Below, piece after piece: positions 47,657 to 58,885 of a stretch of DNA of 64,000 nucleotides. The position numbers and the translations under genes were made by a program. This stretch comes from Bacteroidota bacterium (lineage in GTDB: Bacteria > Bacteroidota > Bacteroidia > Bacteroidales > UBA12077). The notes under the pieces were generated by a model. The model saw only the letters and a program-made list of their open reading frames with translations. It ran no database searches and was not told the DNA's origin. Location of the stretch: assembly GCA_034189025.1 (NCBI GenBank), contig JAXHVS010000142.1, positions 147 to 64,146 of the forward strand, given 5' to 3'. The stretch's first letter is position 1. The number at the start of each line of letters is the position of its first letter.

Positions 47657-48916
47657 TTATTTTTTTTCTGATTTATTTTTGCTTGATGCAAGGTAGAATA
47701 CTGCCGTAAGAATCAATAACAATGCCACGAAAGTAAGTGCAATACCTACATTATATCTATCGGCAACAAAACCTATAATAGGAGCTATAATAGCTGCAAA
47801 TAAACTTTTTGCTTGTGAGTTAGCTGAAAGTGCTGTAGCCAGTATTTCTTTATTATATAATTCGCTTACATAAGCTACCCCTATTGGATTACGTAAATTT
47901 TCAATAATATAAATGGCAATATAAAATATTATGGAAAGGAAGAAAAGGCCAGAATGATAAAATATTCCGCTTAACATAGCTAATAGAAAACCGCTGTAAA
48001 GAGTAATATTTAGGGCACGCGGCATTGATTTTAATTTCTCGGTCAGTCGTCCCGATTTTTTAGAAGCGATGGATGTTAGAAGGTAAACAATAAAATATAC
48101 AATCCCTATAATTATTGCAGTACGTTGTTTGTCTTGAAATGCTAATAGTATAGGTAACGATAAAGCAAAGCTCTGAACAACAGGTTGTAAATAATCTTTA
48201 ATTGCTTTATGAAATCCACTATGAACTGATAAGTTGGCAATAGCTTTCAGAATTTGTGTTTTTTTAAACGAGAAAATAAAATCTTTGGTAACCGAAATAA
48301 ATTTTAATTTAATATCGCTTAGTTTAAGTTTACTGGTTTTTCCGTCAAGAACTTTAGGGTAAGATGAAATAAGTAATAAATCCAGGATGTAAGGAATGGT
48401 TGAATAAACAAAAATGGATTGATAGTTTCCCGAGTAAAAAACAATTGATGCTGCTAAAAGAGATGATATAGCCGAGCCCATTTGAGACCAGGAGCGGGTA
48501 TGTCCATAGTAATATATCCGTTGATTATTCCATCCTTTTATTTCAAGATATTCAAATATCATTGCTTTGTGAGTGCCTGTTCTAAAGGCATCGCCTAAAG
48601 CATAAAAAAGCATAGCTATGATGAAAAACAGGTATTCTTTTGATGAGAAGAAAATGAAAAACGAAACAATATAAAATAAAAATGAAAAAATCATCGTTCG
48701 TTTTCGTCCCAACGAATCAGCTAAAACACCCGATGGAATTTCCATAAAGTTAATCAATAATTCCCGAATAGTATACAGAGTTCCTATTTCTAAAAACGAC
48801 AAACCTTTTTCCAAAAAAAATAAAATAAGAAAAGGCTCAAAAAAACGTAAGTTTTTTAAAAAACCATACATACAAAATTTGTAGTACTGGGTATCTTTTT
48901 TAAATATTTGTGTCAT
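47657..48916 (-). CDS. MFS transporter
   Basis: 419 aa, ~12 TM. SGVLADSLGRKRTMIFS matches MFS motif A (G-x-x-x-D-R/K-x-G-R-R/K). Confidence 0.8.
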   Translation of the reverse strand: MTQIFKKDTQYYKFCMYGFLKNLRFFEPFLILFFLEKGLSFLEIGTLYTIRELLINFMEIPSGVLADSLGRKRTMIFSFLFYIVSFFIFFSSKEYLFFIIAMLFYALGDAFRTGTHKAMIFEYLEIKGWNNQRIYYYGHTRSWSQMGSAISSLLAASIVFYSGNYQSIFVYSTIPYILDLLLISSYPKVLDGKTSKLKLSDIKLKFISVTKDFIFSFKKTQILKAIANLSVHSGFHKAIKDYLQPVVQSFALSLPILLAFQDKQRTAIIIGIVYFIVYLLTSIASKKSGRLTEKLKSMPRALNITLYSGFLLAMLSGIFYHSGLFFLSIIFYIAIYIIENLRNPIGVAYVSELYNKEILATALSANSQAKSLFAAIIAPIIGFVADRYNVGIALTFVALLLILTAVFYLASSKNKSEKK

Positions 48917-49046
48917 TTTGAATTAAACTAAATCGTAAATCTGTTGTCAATTTAAAAAGGGTTTTTAGTAATTAGAACTTTGTTGTTTTTCGATAAATTA
49001 TATATTTGTAAGTAAAATTGAATGTAAATTAATAAAATTTAAATAA

Positions 49047-49721
49047 ATGAAAAAAGTATTCTTAAGTTTGATTTTTAGTTTTATAGGTTTAATTGGCTTT
49101 GCCCAGTATAATGTTAGTGGTTCATCGAATATTATTGAACGTTCAAGGGATATTCAACGTCAGGTTAAAGTGAATAATTTTTCTAATTCAAGTGTATCCA
49201 AAAGTAGGTTTAATATTTTTTTAGATGATAATTGGAAGGGTGGGGTTATGTTTTTAAACGACTCCATATCCATGAGTGGTTATACCTATAGATACAATAT
49301 ATATTCCGATCAAATTGAACTTAGATCAGTTGTAGATCCTTCTTCTGTTGAAGTTGTGAGTATAGGTTCGCAAAAATTTGTTTATTCTAAATTTTATGAT
49401 AATGCTAAAAGAATAAATGAGGGATATTTTGAGCAAATTGTTGGTGGGGATTGTAAATTACTATTACGCAGAGAAGTTGATTATAAAACAGGAACTAGAA
49501 ATATTGAAGGTTATGGATCTAATTCCTCTACTTCAGTTAAACAAGAACTATATATCAAAAAAGAGAATGAACCTGCTATTAAAATTGATAAATCGAAAGA
49601 TTTTTTCAAGCAAGTCATGTCAGATAAAGAAGAGGTTGTAGATTATATTGATAATCAAATTATCATTTTCTTAACCGAGAAAAAAATTGTTGAATTTGTA
49701 AAATTTTACAATGAAATTTAG
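49047..49721 (+). CDS. Hypothetical secreted protein
   Basis: 224 aa, signal peptide ...LIGFAQ. No motif recognised. Confidence 0.55.
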   Translation: MKKVFLSLIFSFIGLIGFAQYNVSGSSNIIERSRDIQRQVKVNNFSNSSVSKSRFNIFLDDNWKGGVMFLNDSISMSGYTYRYNIYSDQIELRSVVDPSSVEVVSIGSQKFVYSKFYDNAKRINEGYFEQIVGGDCKLLLRREVDYKTGTRNIEGYGSNSSTSVKQELYIKKENEPAIKIDKSKDFFKQVMSDKEEVVDYIDNQIIIFLTEKKIVEFVKFYNEI

Positions 49722-49881
49722 TTTTAAATTAATTTTATTTAAAACACTGTCAAAAGATAGCAGTATTACTTCATAAAAAATCATTTATAATTGAAATAGA
49801 AAATATATAATTTTTTCGTTTTTGTAATTTATTTTCGGTTCAATAATAAGACCTTTTTTTAAATTAGATTTATAATAGACC

Positions 49882-50742
49882 ATGGATGATTTTAAAAAAC
49901 ACAGCCTGTATAAGCCAATGGAAACAGAGGCCATTTTTTCTCATGTATTTACTATTTATAAAAAGAAATTCATACCTCTTTTCCTATCAGGTTTTATTGC
50001 TTTTTTCTTCATTCAATTTATTATATACAACCTCGGCATTAGCCAAATATATACTATAGCTGACCCAGAGGAAATGATGAGAGAATTATCTGGTTTTATG
50101 AGTGTATTGGGGATTGTTATAAGCGGAACAGTTATAATATATGGCCTGTTAAATGCATTTTTTATAAATCTTATTTTAAAAAATGATGGTGAAAAGAAAT
50201 TAACTTCCGGTGAATTGTTTGTGGAATCTCTTAAAAAGCATTCCATACATATGATCTTCTTTTTGTTATTATCAGGGCTTATAGTAACCTTAGGTACCGT
50301 TGCTGGTATTTTTATTTTTATTATTGGATTTTTAATAGCCTTTGTTTATTTAGGAACAGTTCTTTTTCCTGGTGCAGCCATAGTTGTTGCTGAAGAAAAA
50401 AATGCATTAGAAGCTATTAGCAGAACTTTTTCGTTAGTACACAAAGATTTTTGGTCAACTTTAGGTGCAATGGTTTTGTTTGTAATAATGATGATTTTAA
50501 TTTCAATTGTTGTTTCAGCCTTAATGTCTATCCCTTTTGTTATTATATTTTTTGATAATTGGAGCGAAACGGGAAATATTATGGAGTCCTTTAAGATGCA
50601 AAATTATGATGTTGGAATGTGGATAGTTTTATTAAACGCTTTGGTATCTGCGTTAACTTACCCTTTCTATGCCATTTTTTCTGTTGTTTTATATTTTAAA
50701 TTAAGATATAAAGAAGATCAGGAATCTGTTGTTATTCAGTAA
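49882..50742 (+). CDS. Hypothetical polytopic membrane protein
   Basis: 286 aa, ~6 TM. No motif recognised. Confidence 0.55.
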   Translation: MDDFKKHSLYKPMETEAIFSHVFTIYKKKFIPLFLSGFIAFFFIQFIIYNLGISQIYTIADPEEMMRELSGFMSVLGIVISGTVIIYGLLNAFFINLILKNDGEKKLTSGELFVESLKKHSIHMIFFLLLSGLIVTLGTVAGIFIFIIGFLIAFVYLGTVLFPGAAIVVAEEKNALEAISRTFSLVHKDFWSTLGAMVLFVIMMILISIVVSALMSIPFVIIFFDNWSETGNIMESFKMQNYDVGMWIVLLNALVSALTYPFYAIFSVVLYFKLRYKEDQESVVIQ

Positions 50743-50911
50743 CTTCCCATTCATAAATCTTTTATGCATGAGATTTTTTCAATAAATTTTCATTGGACGC
50801 AACCTTTTTTTTAATTATTACATCTAAAAAACGTGATTGCATGAATTTAAATGCGGAATACCCTAACCTAAATATCGATACTGTAAAAGATACAGTACTT
50901 TTCAAAGACTG

Positions 50912-50936
50912 GCGGTGCTAGAGCACCGCTTTTTTT
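50912..50936 (+). terminator. Rho-independent terminator
   Basis: gcggtgc TAGA gcaccgc followed by T7 (50930-50936). Confidence 0.8.
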
Positions 50937-51013
50937 ATAAAACAAACCTCCACTTTTTGTTGTTAACAGTTAAAATGATTATTTTATTAATAATACGAAA
51001 ATACACTTAATTT

Positions 51014-51778
51014 ATGATTACAATAATTTCTCCTGCAAAAACACTGAATTTTGATAATAATATCAAAACAAAAGAATATACTCAACCAGAATTTTTGGCT
51101 GATTCAGAAACTTTAGTTAAAGCGTTAAAAAAAAAATCTAAAAAAGAATTAGCAACACTAATGAATACTAATCAGGAATTAGCCTCGTTGAATTATGAAC
51201 GATACCAGCGATGGAAAAAACCATTTACTCCAGAAAATGCAAAACAGGCCCTTGCCGTTTTTAAAGGACAGGCATTTTTAGGGTTAGATGCAAAATCTTT
51301 AACGACCGATGATTTGTTATTTGCTCAAAATCATTTGAGGATTTTATCCGGACTATATGGTGTATTGCGGCCACTCGACTTAATGCAACCTTATCGTTTA
51401 GAAATGGGCACAGCACTAAAAAACAAACGTGGGGAAAATTTATATAAATTTTGGGGGACCAAAATTACCGGTTTTATAAATAACGAGCTTTCAAAACAAA
51501 ATAATAAAGTATTAGTCAATCTGGCTTCAAACGAATATTTTAAGTCCATAAAACCTAAAAAGATTAATGGAGAAATTATTGCACCAGTTTTTAAAGAAAC
51601 GAAAGGGAATGATTTTAAAGTAATAGCTGTTTATGCTAAAACAGCACGAGGATTAATGAGCCGTTTTATAATAAAAAATAGAATTGAAGAACCTGAGCAA
51701 CTTAAAGCTTTTGATAGCGAAGGCTATTTATTTAACCATGAATTGTCGACAAAAAAAGAGTGGGTGTTTACAAGATAA
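51014..51778 (+). CDS. yaaA: Peroxide stress protein YaaA (UPF0246/DUF328)
   Basis: MITIISPAKTLNFD N-terminus, ILSGLYGVLRPLDLMQPYRLEM, NLASNEYF. Confidence 0.85.
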   Translation: MITIISPAKTLNFDNNIKTKEYTQPEFLADSETLVKALKKKSKKELATLMNTNQELASLNYERYQRWKKPFTPENAKQALAVFKGQAFLGLDAKSLTTDDLLFAQNHLRILSGLYGVLRPLDLMQPYRLEMGTALKNKRGENLYKFWGTKITGFINNELSKQNNKVLVNLASNEYFKSIKPKKINGEIIAPVFKETKGNDFKVIAVYAKTARGLMSRFIIKNRIEEPEQLKAFDSEGYLFNHELSTKKEWVFTR

Positions 51779-51832
51779 ATCTATTCTTGGCGATGCTCTA
51801 TTCAAATCATAAGGTAAATAAAATTTCTTTTT

Positions 51833-51840
51833 TACCTTTG
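51833..51840 (+). promoter_or_regulatory. Possible Bacteroidota -7 box (TACCTTTG)
   Basis: Matches TAnnTTTG, 24 nt upstream of the ATG at 51864. No convincing -33 TTTG. Confidence 0.25.
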
Positions 51841-51863
51841 CACAAAAATTTTATGCTTTGAAT

Positions 51864-52493
51864 ATGGAAAAAGGATTTGATAGTAGTATTGTTTATACTA
51901 AAGATGTTACGGAATTTGTTACCGTTGCTGCTGAATATTGCAAATTTGTTGAAAACACCTATCGGTTCAGTAAGCGCGATTTTTTAAATAAAGCACATAA
52001 AATATTACCTTTACTCTATTTAAAAGCTTCACTGCTTCCTAAATTTCAATCTATTTTCGACGATAATAATGAAAAGTTCGTATCCGAAGAAGAATGGGAT
52101 TTTATTCACGATTCCGTAAAAAACAAACTTGGCTTTCATGATGAGTATCTTGAAGTTTTTGACCCGTTAACGCACGAACAGGTTGAACAAAGTTCGGCTT
52201 CAATAGCCGATAACCTGGCAGATATTTACCAGGATATAAAAAATTTTATTTCGCTATATTATATTGGTAGCGAAGAAATTATGAATGATGCATTGTGGGA
52301 ATGTCAGGTGAATTTTGAGGAGTTTTGGGGCCAAAAACTGGTAAATGCATTAAAAGCGGCCCACACCGTTTTTTATAGTGGGGATAATCTCGACGATATT
52401 GATCCTTCAGAAGAGAATAAAAATGCTGACGATATAAATACTGATGACTGGATTATTTCTAAACGGCAACAAGATTACAATACCGAAGATTAG
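51864..52493 (+). CDS. DUF5063-like protein
   Basis: ~209 aa acidic helical protein directly upstream of a 3'-5' exonuclease gene, an arrangement I recall for DUF5063 in Bacteroidota. The track start at 51858 is TTG; the ATG at 51864 is preferred. Confidence 0.5.
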   Translation: MEKGFDSSIVYTKDVTEFVTVAAEYCKFVENTYRFSKRDFLNKAHKILPLLYLKASLLPKFQSIFDDNNEKFVSEEEWDFIHDSVKNKLGFHDEYLEVFDPLTHEQVEQSSASIADNLADIYQDIKNFISLYYIGSEEIMNDALWECQVNFEEFWGQKLVNALKAAHTVFYSGDNLDDIDPSEENKNADDINTDDWIISKRQQDYNTED

Positions 52494-52494
52494 C

Positions 52495-53070
52495 ATGTTT
52501 AAAAATCATATTACCAATAGTGAAATTAATGAATTGCCTCTTTTTCAGTTTGATGGAGGAGTTTTTGTTATTGATACATTTGAAAAACTTGATTATTATT
52601 TACCTTTAATACAGGAACAAAAAATTTTGGGTTTCGATACCGAAACTAAACCCTCTTTTAAAAAAGGAGTAATTAATCAGGTTTCTTTATTGCAACTATC
52701 CACTTTACATGAAGCTTTCTTAATAAGAATAAATAAAATAGGATTGCCAAACGAAATTATCGATATTTTATCTAATAAAGAGGTTAAAAAAATTGGCCTG
52801 GCTATAAGGGATGATATAAAAGCCTTACGAGAAATACAGGATTTTGAATTTCAAAGTTTTATCGATTTACAAGATTTTGTTAAGTATTTTAATATTGAAA
52901 GTCAGAGTTTAAAAAAGATTGCAGGTATTGTATTAAATAAACGTATTTCTAAATCAAAGCAAGTATCCAATTGGGAAAAAGAAGAGCTTTCCGAAGGTCA
53001 ATTGCTTTATGCTGCCACCGATGCATGGGCTTGTTTACAAATATATAAAACGTTAAATCAGGTAATTTAA
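52495..53070 (+). CDS. 3'-5' exonuclease (DEDD, RNase D-like domain)
   Basis: ExoI LGFDTETKP, ExoII GLAIRDDIKAL, ExoIII YAATDAWACLQIY. The ATG at 52495 lies 1 nt after the upstream TAG; the track start at 52444 overlaps the upstream gene. Confidence 0.8.
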   Translation: MFKNHITNSEINELPLFQFDGGVFVIDTFEKLDYYLPLIQEQKILGFDTETKPSFKKGVINQVSLLQLSTLHEAFLIRINKIGLPNEIIDILSNKEVKKIGLAIRDDIKALREIQDFEFQSFIDLQDFVKYFNIESQSLKKIAGIVLNKRISKSKQVSNWEKEELSEGQLLYAATDAWACLQIYKTLNQVI

Positions 53071-53077
53071 ATTTCCC

Positions 53078-54262
53078 ATGGACTATCCAAAAGTTATTTT
53101 AAAATCAGGAAAAGATCAATCGCCACGCAGGTATCATCCGTGGATTTTTTCAGGAGCAATAAAGAAAATTATTGGTAATGTTACTGAAGGCGACCTGGTT
53201 AAGGTAACCGATAATAAAGATGAGTTTTTAGCTATCGGACACTATCAGATTGGCTCTATTGCTGTACGAATTATTTCTTTTGAACCAACAGATATCAATT
53301 TTGATTTTTGGAAAACGAAAATTAAAAATGCTTATAGCCTAAGAAAAAACCTGAACATAATAAATAACGAACATAATAATGTATATCGATTAGTACATGC
53401 AGAAGGAGATGGTTTACCCGGATTAATCATTGATTTTTATAATGGTACAGCAGTTATGCAAATGCATTCAATTGGAATGTATCAGAATAAAGAAACCTTT
53501 GTTAAAATACTTCAGGAAATTTATGGCGATAAATTACATGCTGTGTATAATAAAAGTGAATCCACGATTCCTTATAAATCGGATGTTGAGGCTAAAAATG
53601 GATATCTTTTGGGAAAACCCGAAAATGAGATAGTTTTTGAATATGGGAATAAATTCAAAATTAATTGGGAGGAAGGGCAAAAAACAGGTTTCTTTATCGA
53701 TCAGCGTGAAAATAGAAAACTTGTTCAGGAATATTCAAAAGATCGAGCTGTTTTAAATGTATTTGGATACACCGGTGGTTTTTCAGTTTATGCCATGAAA
53801 GGTGGAGCAAAGCTAGTCCATTCAGTCGATAGCTCAGCTAAAGCCATTGATTTGACCAACGAAAATATTGCATTAAATTTTGAACAAACCAATAGGCACC
53901 AAGCTTTTGCTGTTGATGCATTTGAGTTTTTAGAAGATGCAGATCAAAAATATGATCTTATTATTCTTGATCCTCCTGCATTTGCCAAACATCATAATGT
54001 TTTACATAATGCACTACAAGGGTATAAAAGACTTAACGCTAAAGCTATAGAAAAAATCAAACCCGGAGGAATATTGTTTACCTTTTCATGCTCGCAAGTC
54101 GTTAGTAGAGAAAATTTCAGAAAATCTGTTTTTGCTGCTGCTGCCAATACAGGAAGAAATGTAAGAATATTACATCAGCTAACTCAACCATCCGATCACC
54201 CTGTAAACATCTATCATCCAGAAGGAGAGTATTTAAAAGGGATGGTTGTATATATTGAATAA
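53078..54262 (+). CDS. rlmI: Class I SAM-dependent rRNA (cytosine-C5) methyltransferase, RlmI-like
   Basis: PUA-like N-terminus, VLNVFGYTGGFSVYA (motif I), ILDPPAFAK (motif IV), TFSCS catalytic Cys. Confidence 0.8.
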   Translation: MDYPKVILKSGKDQSPRRYHPWIFSGAIKKIIGNVTEGDLVKVTDNKDEFLAIGHYQIGSIAVRIISFEPTDINFDFWKTKIKNAYSLRKNLNIINNEHNNVYRLVHAEGDGLPGLIIDFYNGTAVMQMHSIGMYQNKETFVKILQEIYGDKLHAVYNKSESTIPYKSDVEAKNGYLLGKPENEIVFEYGNKFKINWEEGQKTGFFIDQRENRKLVQEYSKDRAVLNVFGYTGGFSVYAMKGGAKLVHSVDSSAKAIDLTNENIALNFEQTNRHQAFAVDAFEFLEDADQKYDLIILDPPAFAKHHNVLHNALQGYKRLNAKAIEKIKPGGILFTFSCSQVVSRENFRKSVFAAAANTGRNVRILHQLTQPSDHPVNIYHPEGEYLKGMVVYIE

Positions 54263-54316
54263 ATAGTATAAATTTGATACTTTGAAAATTCTAACCATAT
54301 ATTATAAAACCCAAAT

Positions 54317-55318
54317 ATGAAAAAACGAACGATACTAATTTTTATCCTGCTTATCTTCGTAAAATTTAGTTTTGCTCAATATATTTTTCCTGTATCTGAA
54401 TATAGAGATAATCAACGACACTTTGAACTATCTAATTTTGCTATTAAAGATACTGTATTATTTCTTCCATTGGGAGAAGCAGGGTTGCATATTTATAATA
54501 TTTCTGATTTTGAAAATTTTGGCCTGTTGGCTACATATGAAGAGTTTGAAAGACGATCGAGAAAGAAAGTTTACGGAACTGCATATAATGTTGAAGTTAT
54601 TGATGATAAAGCTTTTCTTTCATACGGAGAACTGGGATTAAAAATATTAAATATTTCTGATCCCACCTTACCTTTTGTTTTAGGAACATATTATCGACAT
54701 CAGGATGTTTATTTTACCAAAATTTATAAGGATTTTGCTTTTTTGGGATATATTAATATGGGGCTTGAGATTGTTGATTTTAGCAACATGGATGATATAA
54801 AAATGATTTCCAGAAATAATGTTAAAGATTTTACCGTAAAAGATATTCAGATTCAACCACCATATGTAATTATTGTTGGAGGACGAAGGGGATTAAGAAT
54901 TTTTAAATTTAACGAACCCTTTACTTCATTTAAGCAAGCCGAATTCCCTAAAGATTTCTTAACCGAAGCCCAGGCAAATAAACTAATTGTACGGGATAAA
55001 ATTGGTTATTTGGCTAATGATTTTGGCGGGCTGATAGTTTTAAATATGGGATTGCCTTTATATCCTTTAAGTGTAAATGAGATTAAAACTATGGGTAGAG
55101 CAAAAGATTTATTAATTAAGGATAAATATTTATATGTTGCAACAGATAAAGGGATAGAAGTATTTGATATTAGAGAACCTGAAAAACCAGTGAAAATTTT
55201 TGAACATGCAACAAAAAGAAAAGAGTATAAGTTTTTACAAATGCAGGGCCATTATTTATTTGCTCTTTTCCAGGATGGTAGAAGAGATTTTGGGATTGAA
55301 ATTTTTCAGGTGGAATAG
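54317..55318 (+). CDS. LVIVD-repeat beta-propeller protein, secreted
   Basis: Signal ...FSFAQ. Repeats AGLHIYNISD, LGLKILNISDP, MGLEIVDFSNMDD, RGLRIFKFNEP, GGLIVLNMGLP, KGIEVFDIREPEKP. Confidence 0.7.
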   Translation: MKKRTILIFILLIFVKFSFAQYIFPVSEYRDNQRHFELSNFAIKDTVLFLPLGEAGLHIYNISDFENFGLLATYEEFERRSRKKVYGTAYNVEVIDDKAFLSYGELGLKILNISDPTLPFVLGTYYRHQDVYFTKIYKDFAFLGYINMGLEIVDFSNMDDIKMISRNNVKDFTVKDIQIQPPYVIIVGGRRGLRIFKFNEPFTSFKQAEFPKDFLTEAQANKLIVRDKIGYLANDFGGLIVLNMGLPLYPLSVNEIKTMGRAKDLLIKDKYLYVATDKGIEVFDIREPEKPVKIFEHATKRKEYKFLQMQGHYLFALFQDGRRDFGIEIFQVE

Positions 55319-55330
55319 CTAACGTTTAAT

Positions 55331-57238
55331 TTATTTATGCCATGTAATACGTTCTTCCGGGTCTTTTATTATTTTATGATTATCTAATAGCCATTGAATC
55401 ACTTTAAGACTTTTTTCTTTATTAAATTTTAACATCGAAACCAACTTATCAAGCGATATCGTTTGTCCACCTAGTTTTTCTTTTATACTCTCTAATATTA
55501 AGTCAAATTCATATTTACTAAGATCCAGCTCATTTCTCCGTGTACAAATATCACAAACGCCACATCTATCGGGATTACTTTCGCCAAAATAAGATAATAA
55601 AAGTTGGCTTCTACATTTATTATTGGATGAGGCATAATGTAAAACAGCATTTAACCGGTCAATAAACCTTTTTTTTCGGAAATCATAGTTTTCTTTTGAT
55701 AAATGAAGTGATTTGTCATCTAAGCGCTCTTCGGTAAAAACGATAAACGGGTTACTTTTCTTTGGGATATAATTTAAGATTCCTAAATTATTTAATTTAT
55801 TTAAATAGTTATATACTGTTTCTAAATTGGTATTTGCCTTTTTTGCTAACGAAATTTCATCAATATTCACATAATCAGAAAATAATCCTGTATAAGCACG
55901 GAGAATGAGTTTTATAAAACCATCAAACTTAGCATTGGCAATTTGGAATTTATAAAGATCATCTCTTCCTACTAGAAAATGTATTTTGGATGAGCTATAA
56001 AGTTCATCGGTAATTTCAATGTATCCTTCACGTTGTAAAAATTTTAATGCGCTGTGTATTTTAAGGATATTGAAATTATATTTTTGGGCAAATTCGGAAA
56101 TAATAAAATCATATGCCTGATTTTTACCGCTGCCATAAGCAATTTGGAAAAAATTACCCAGAGCCTGATAGATGGTTTTTACCTCTTTAAGTTCAGGGAA
56201 ATTGGTTTCAATTCTTTGTTCGGCTTTTACCTTATCCGAATTATTATATAATAGTACAGCATACGCTTTTTTTTCGTCTCGGCCAGCCCTGCCGGCTTCC
56301 TGGAAATAGGCTTCAATACTATCTGGTAAATCAATATGAATAACAAATCGTACATCTGGTTTATCAATGCCCATTCCAAAAGCATTGGTTGCAACCATTA
56401 CTCTGGTTTTGCCTACCTTCCAATGATTCTGTTTATTACTCCTGTCTTCGTGTTTTAACCCGGCATGATAATAATCGGCTGATATTTTAGCTTTTTGAAG
56501 CATTAAGGCTATTTCTCGTGTTTTTTTCCTATTTCGTGCATAAATAATCCCACTACCTTTCACATTATTTAGCGTTTCGATCAAATAATTCTGTTTATCT
56601 TCAACCTCACGTACAAGATAAACCAGATTTTTACGCTCAAAACTTTTACGAAAAACATTTTTCTCTTTAAATTTTAATTTCTCCTGAATATCTTCAACAA
56701 CTTTTGTTGTAGCAGTTGCTGTTAAGGCTAAAAAAGGAACATCGGGGACTAATTCACGTAAATCTGCTATCTTTAAATATGAAGGACGAAAATCATAGCC
56801 CCATTCAGAGATGCAGTGTGCTTCATCAATGGCAATTAAGTTTACCTGCATATATTTAACCCTGATTTTAAAAAGCTCGGTATTTATTCGCTCTGGCGAT
56901 ATATAAAGAAATTTCACACCTCCATAAATACAGTTATCCAGAGCTATGTCTATTTCATTTTTTGTCATCCCTGAATAGATGGCAATGGCTTTGATATCTT
57001 TTTTTTGCAAATTTTCTACCTGGTCTTTCATTAACGCAATAAGCGGAGTAATTACAATACAAATTCCATCCCGGGCCATTGAGGGAACCTGGAAAGTAAT
57101 AGATTTGCCACCTCCGGTTGGCATTAGGGCTAGCGTATCTTTACCATCCATCACCGAGCGGATAATATCCTCCTGTAAGGGCCTGAATTTGGAATACCCC
57201 CAGTATTTAATCAGTATTTGTTCATACTTGTTTATCAT
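55331..57238 (-). CDS. recQ: RecQ-family ATP-dependent DNA helicase
   Basis: MPTGGGKSITFQVP, DEAHCISEWGYDFRPSY, LTATA, QEAGRAGRD. Zn-binding CRSQLLLSYFGE...CGVCDIC. Confidence 0.9.
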   Translation of the reverse strand: MINKYEQILIKYWGYSKFRPLQEDIIRSVMDGKDTLALMPTGGGKSITFQVPSMARDGICIVITPLIALMKDQVENLQKKDIKAIAIYSGMTKNEIDIALDNCIYGGVKFLYISPERINTELFKIRVKYMQVNLIAIDEAHCISEWGYDFRPSYLKIADLRELVPDVPFLALTATATTKVVEDIQEKLKFKEKNVFRKSFERKNLVYLVREVEDKQNYLIETLNNVKGSGIIYARNRKKTREIALMLQKAKISADYYHAGLKHEDRSNKQNHWKVGKTRVMVATNAFGMGIDKPDVRFVIHIDLPDSIEAYFQEAGRAGRDEKKAYAVLLYNNSDKVKAEQRIETNFPELKEVKTIYQALGNFFQIAYGSGKNQAYDFIISEFAQKYNFNILKIHSALKFLQREGYIEITDELYSSSKIHFLVGRDDLYKFQIANAKFDGFIKLILRAYTGLFSDYVNIDEISLAKKANTNLETVYNYLNKLNNLGILNYIPKKSNPFIVFTEERLDDKSLHLSKENYDFRKKRFIDRLNAVLHYASSNNKCRSQLLLSYFGESNPDRCGVCDICTRRNELDLSKYEFDLILESIKEKLGGQTISLDKLVSMLKFNKEKSLKVIQWLLDNHKIIKDPEERITWHK

Positions 57239-57347
57239 GTAATAAAGATGATATTTATGCGCTAATGAATATCTTAAAAAAAGTTAAAAAAATCAAATCT
57301 ATGGATATTATCATATTTTCAACCGATATTTTGCTAATTTTTTGTAA

Positions 57348-58862
<1,515 letters not shown>

Positions 58863-58885
58863 TTTTTATCATAAAATTTTATCTA

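Noticed and set aside
49721-49749. AT-only 9-bp hairpin gttttaaat...atttaaaac after the 49047..49721 gene
   Set aside because: The stem consists almost entirely of A-T pairs and has no clear U-tract, so it is unlikely to be a stable terminator.
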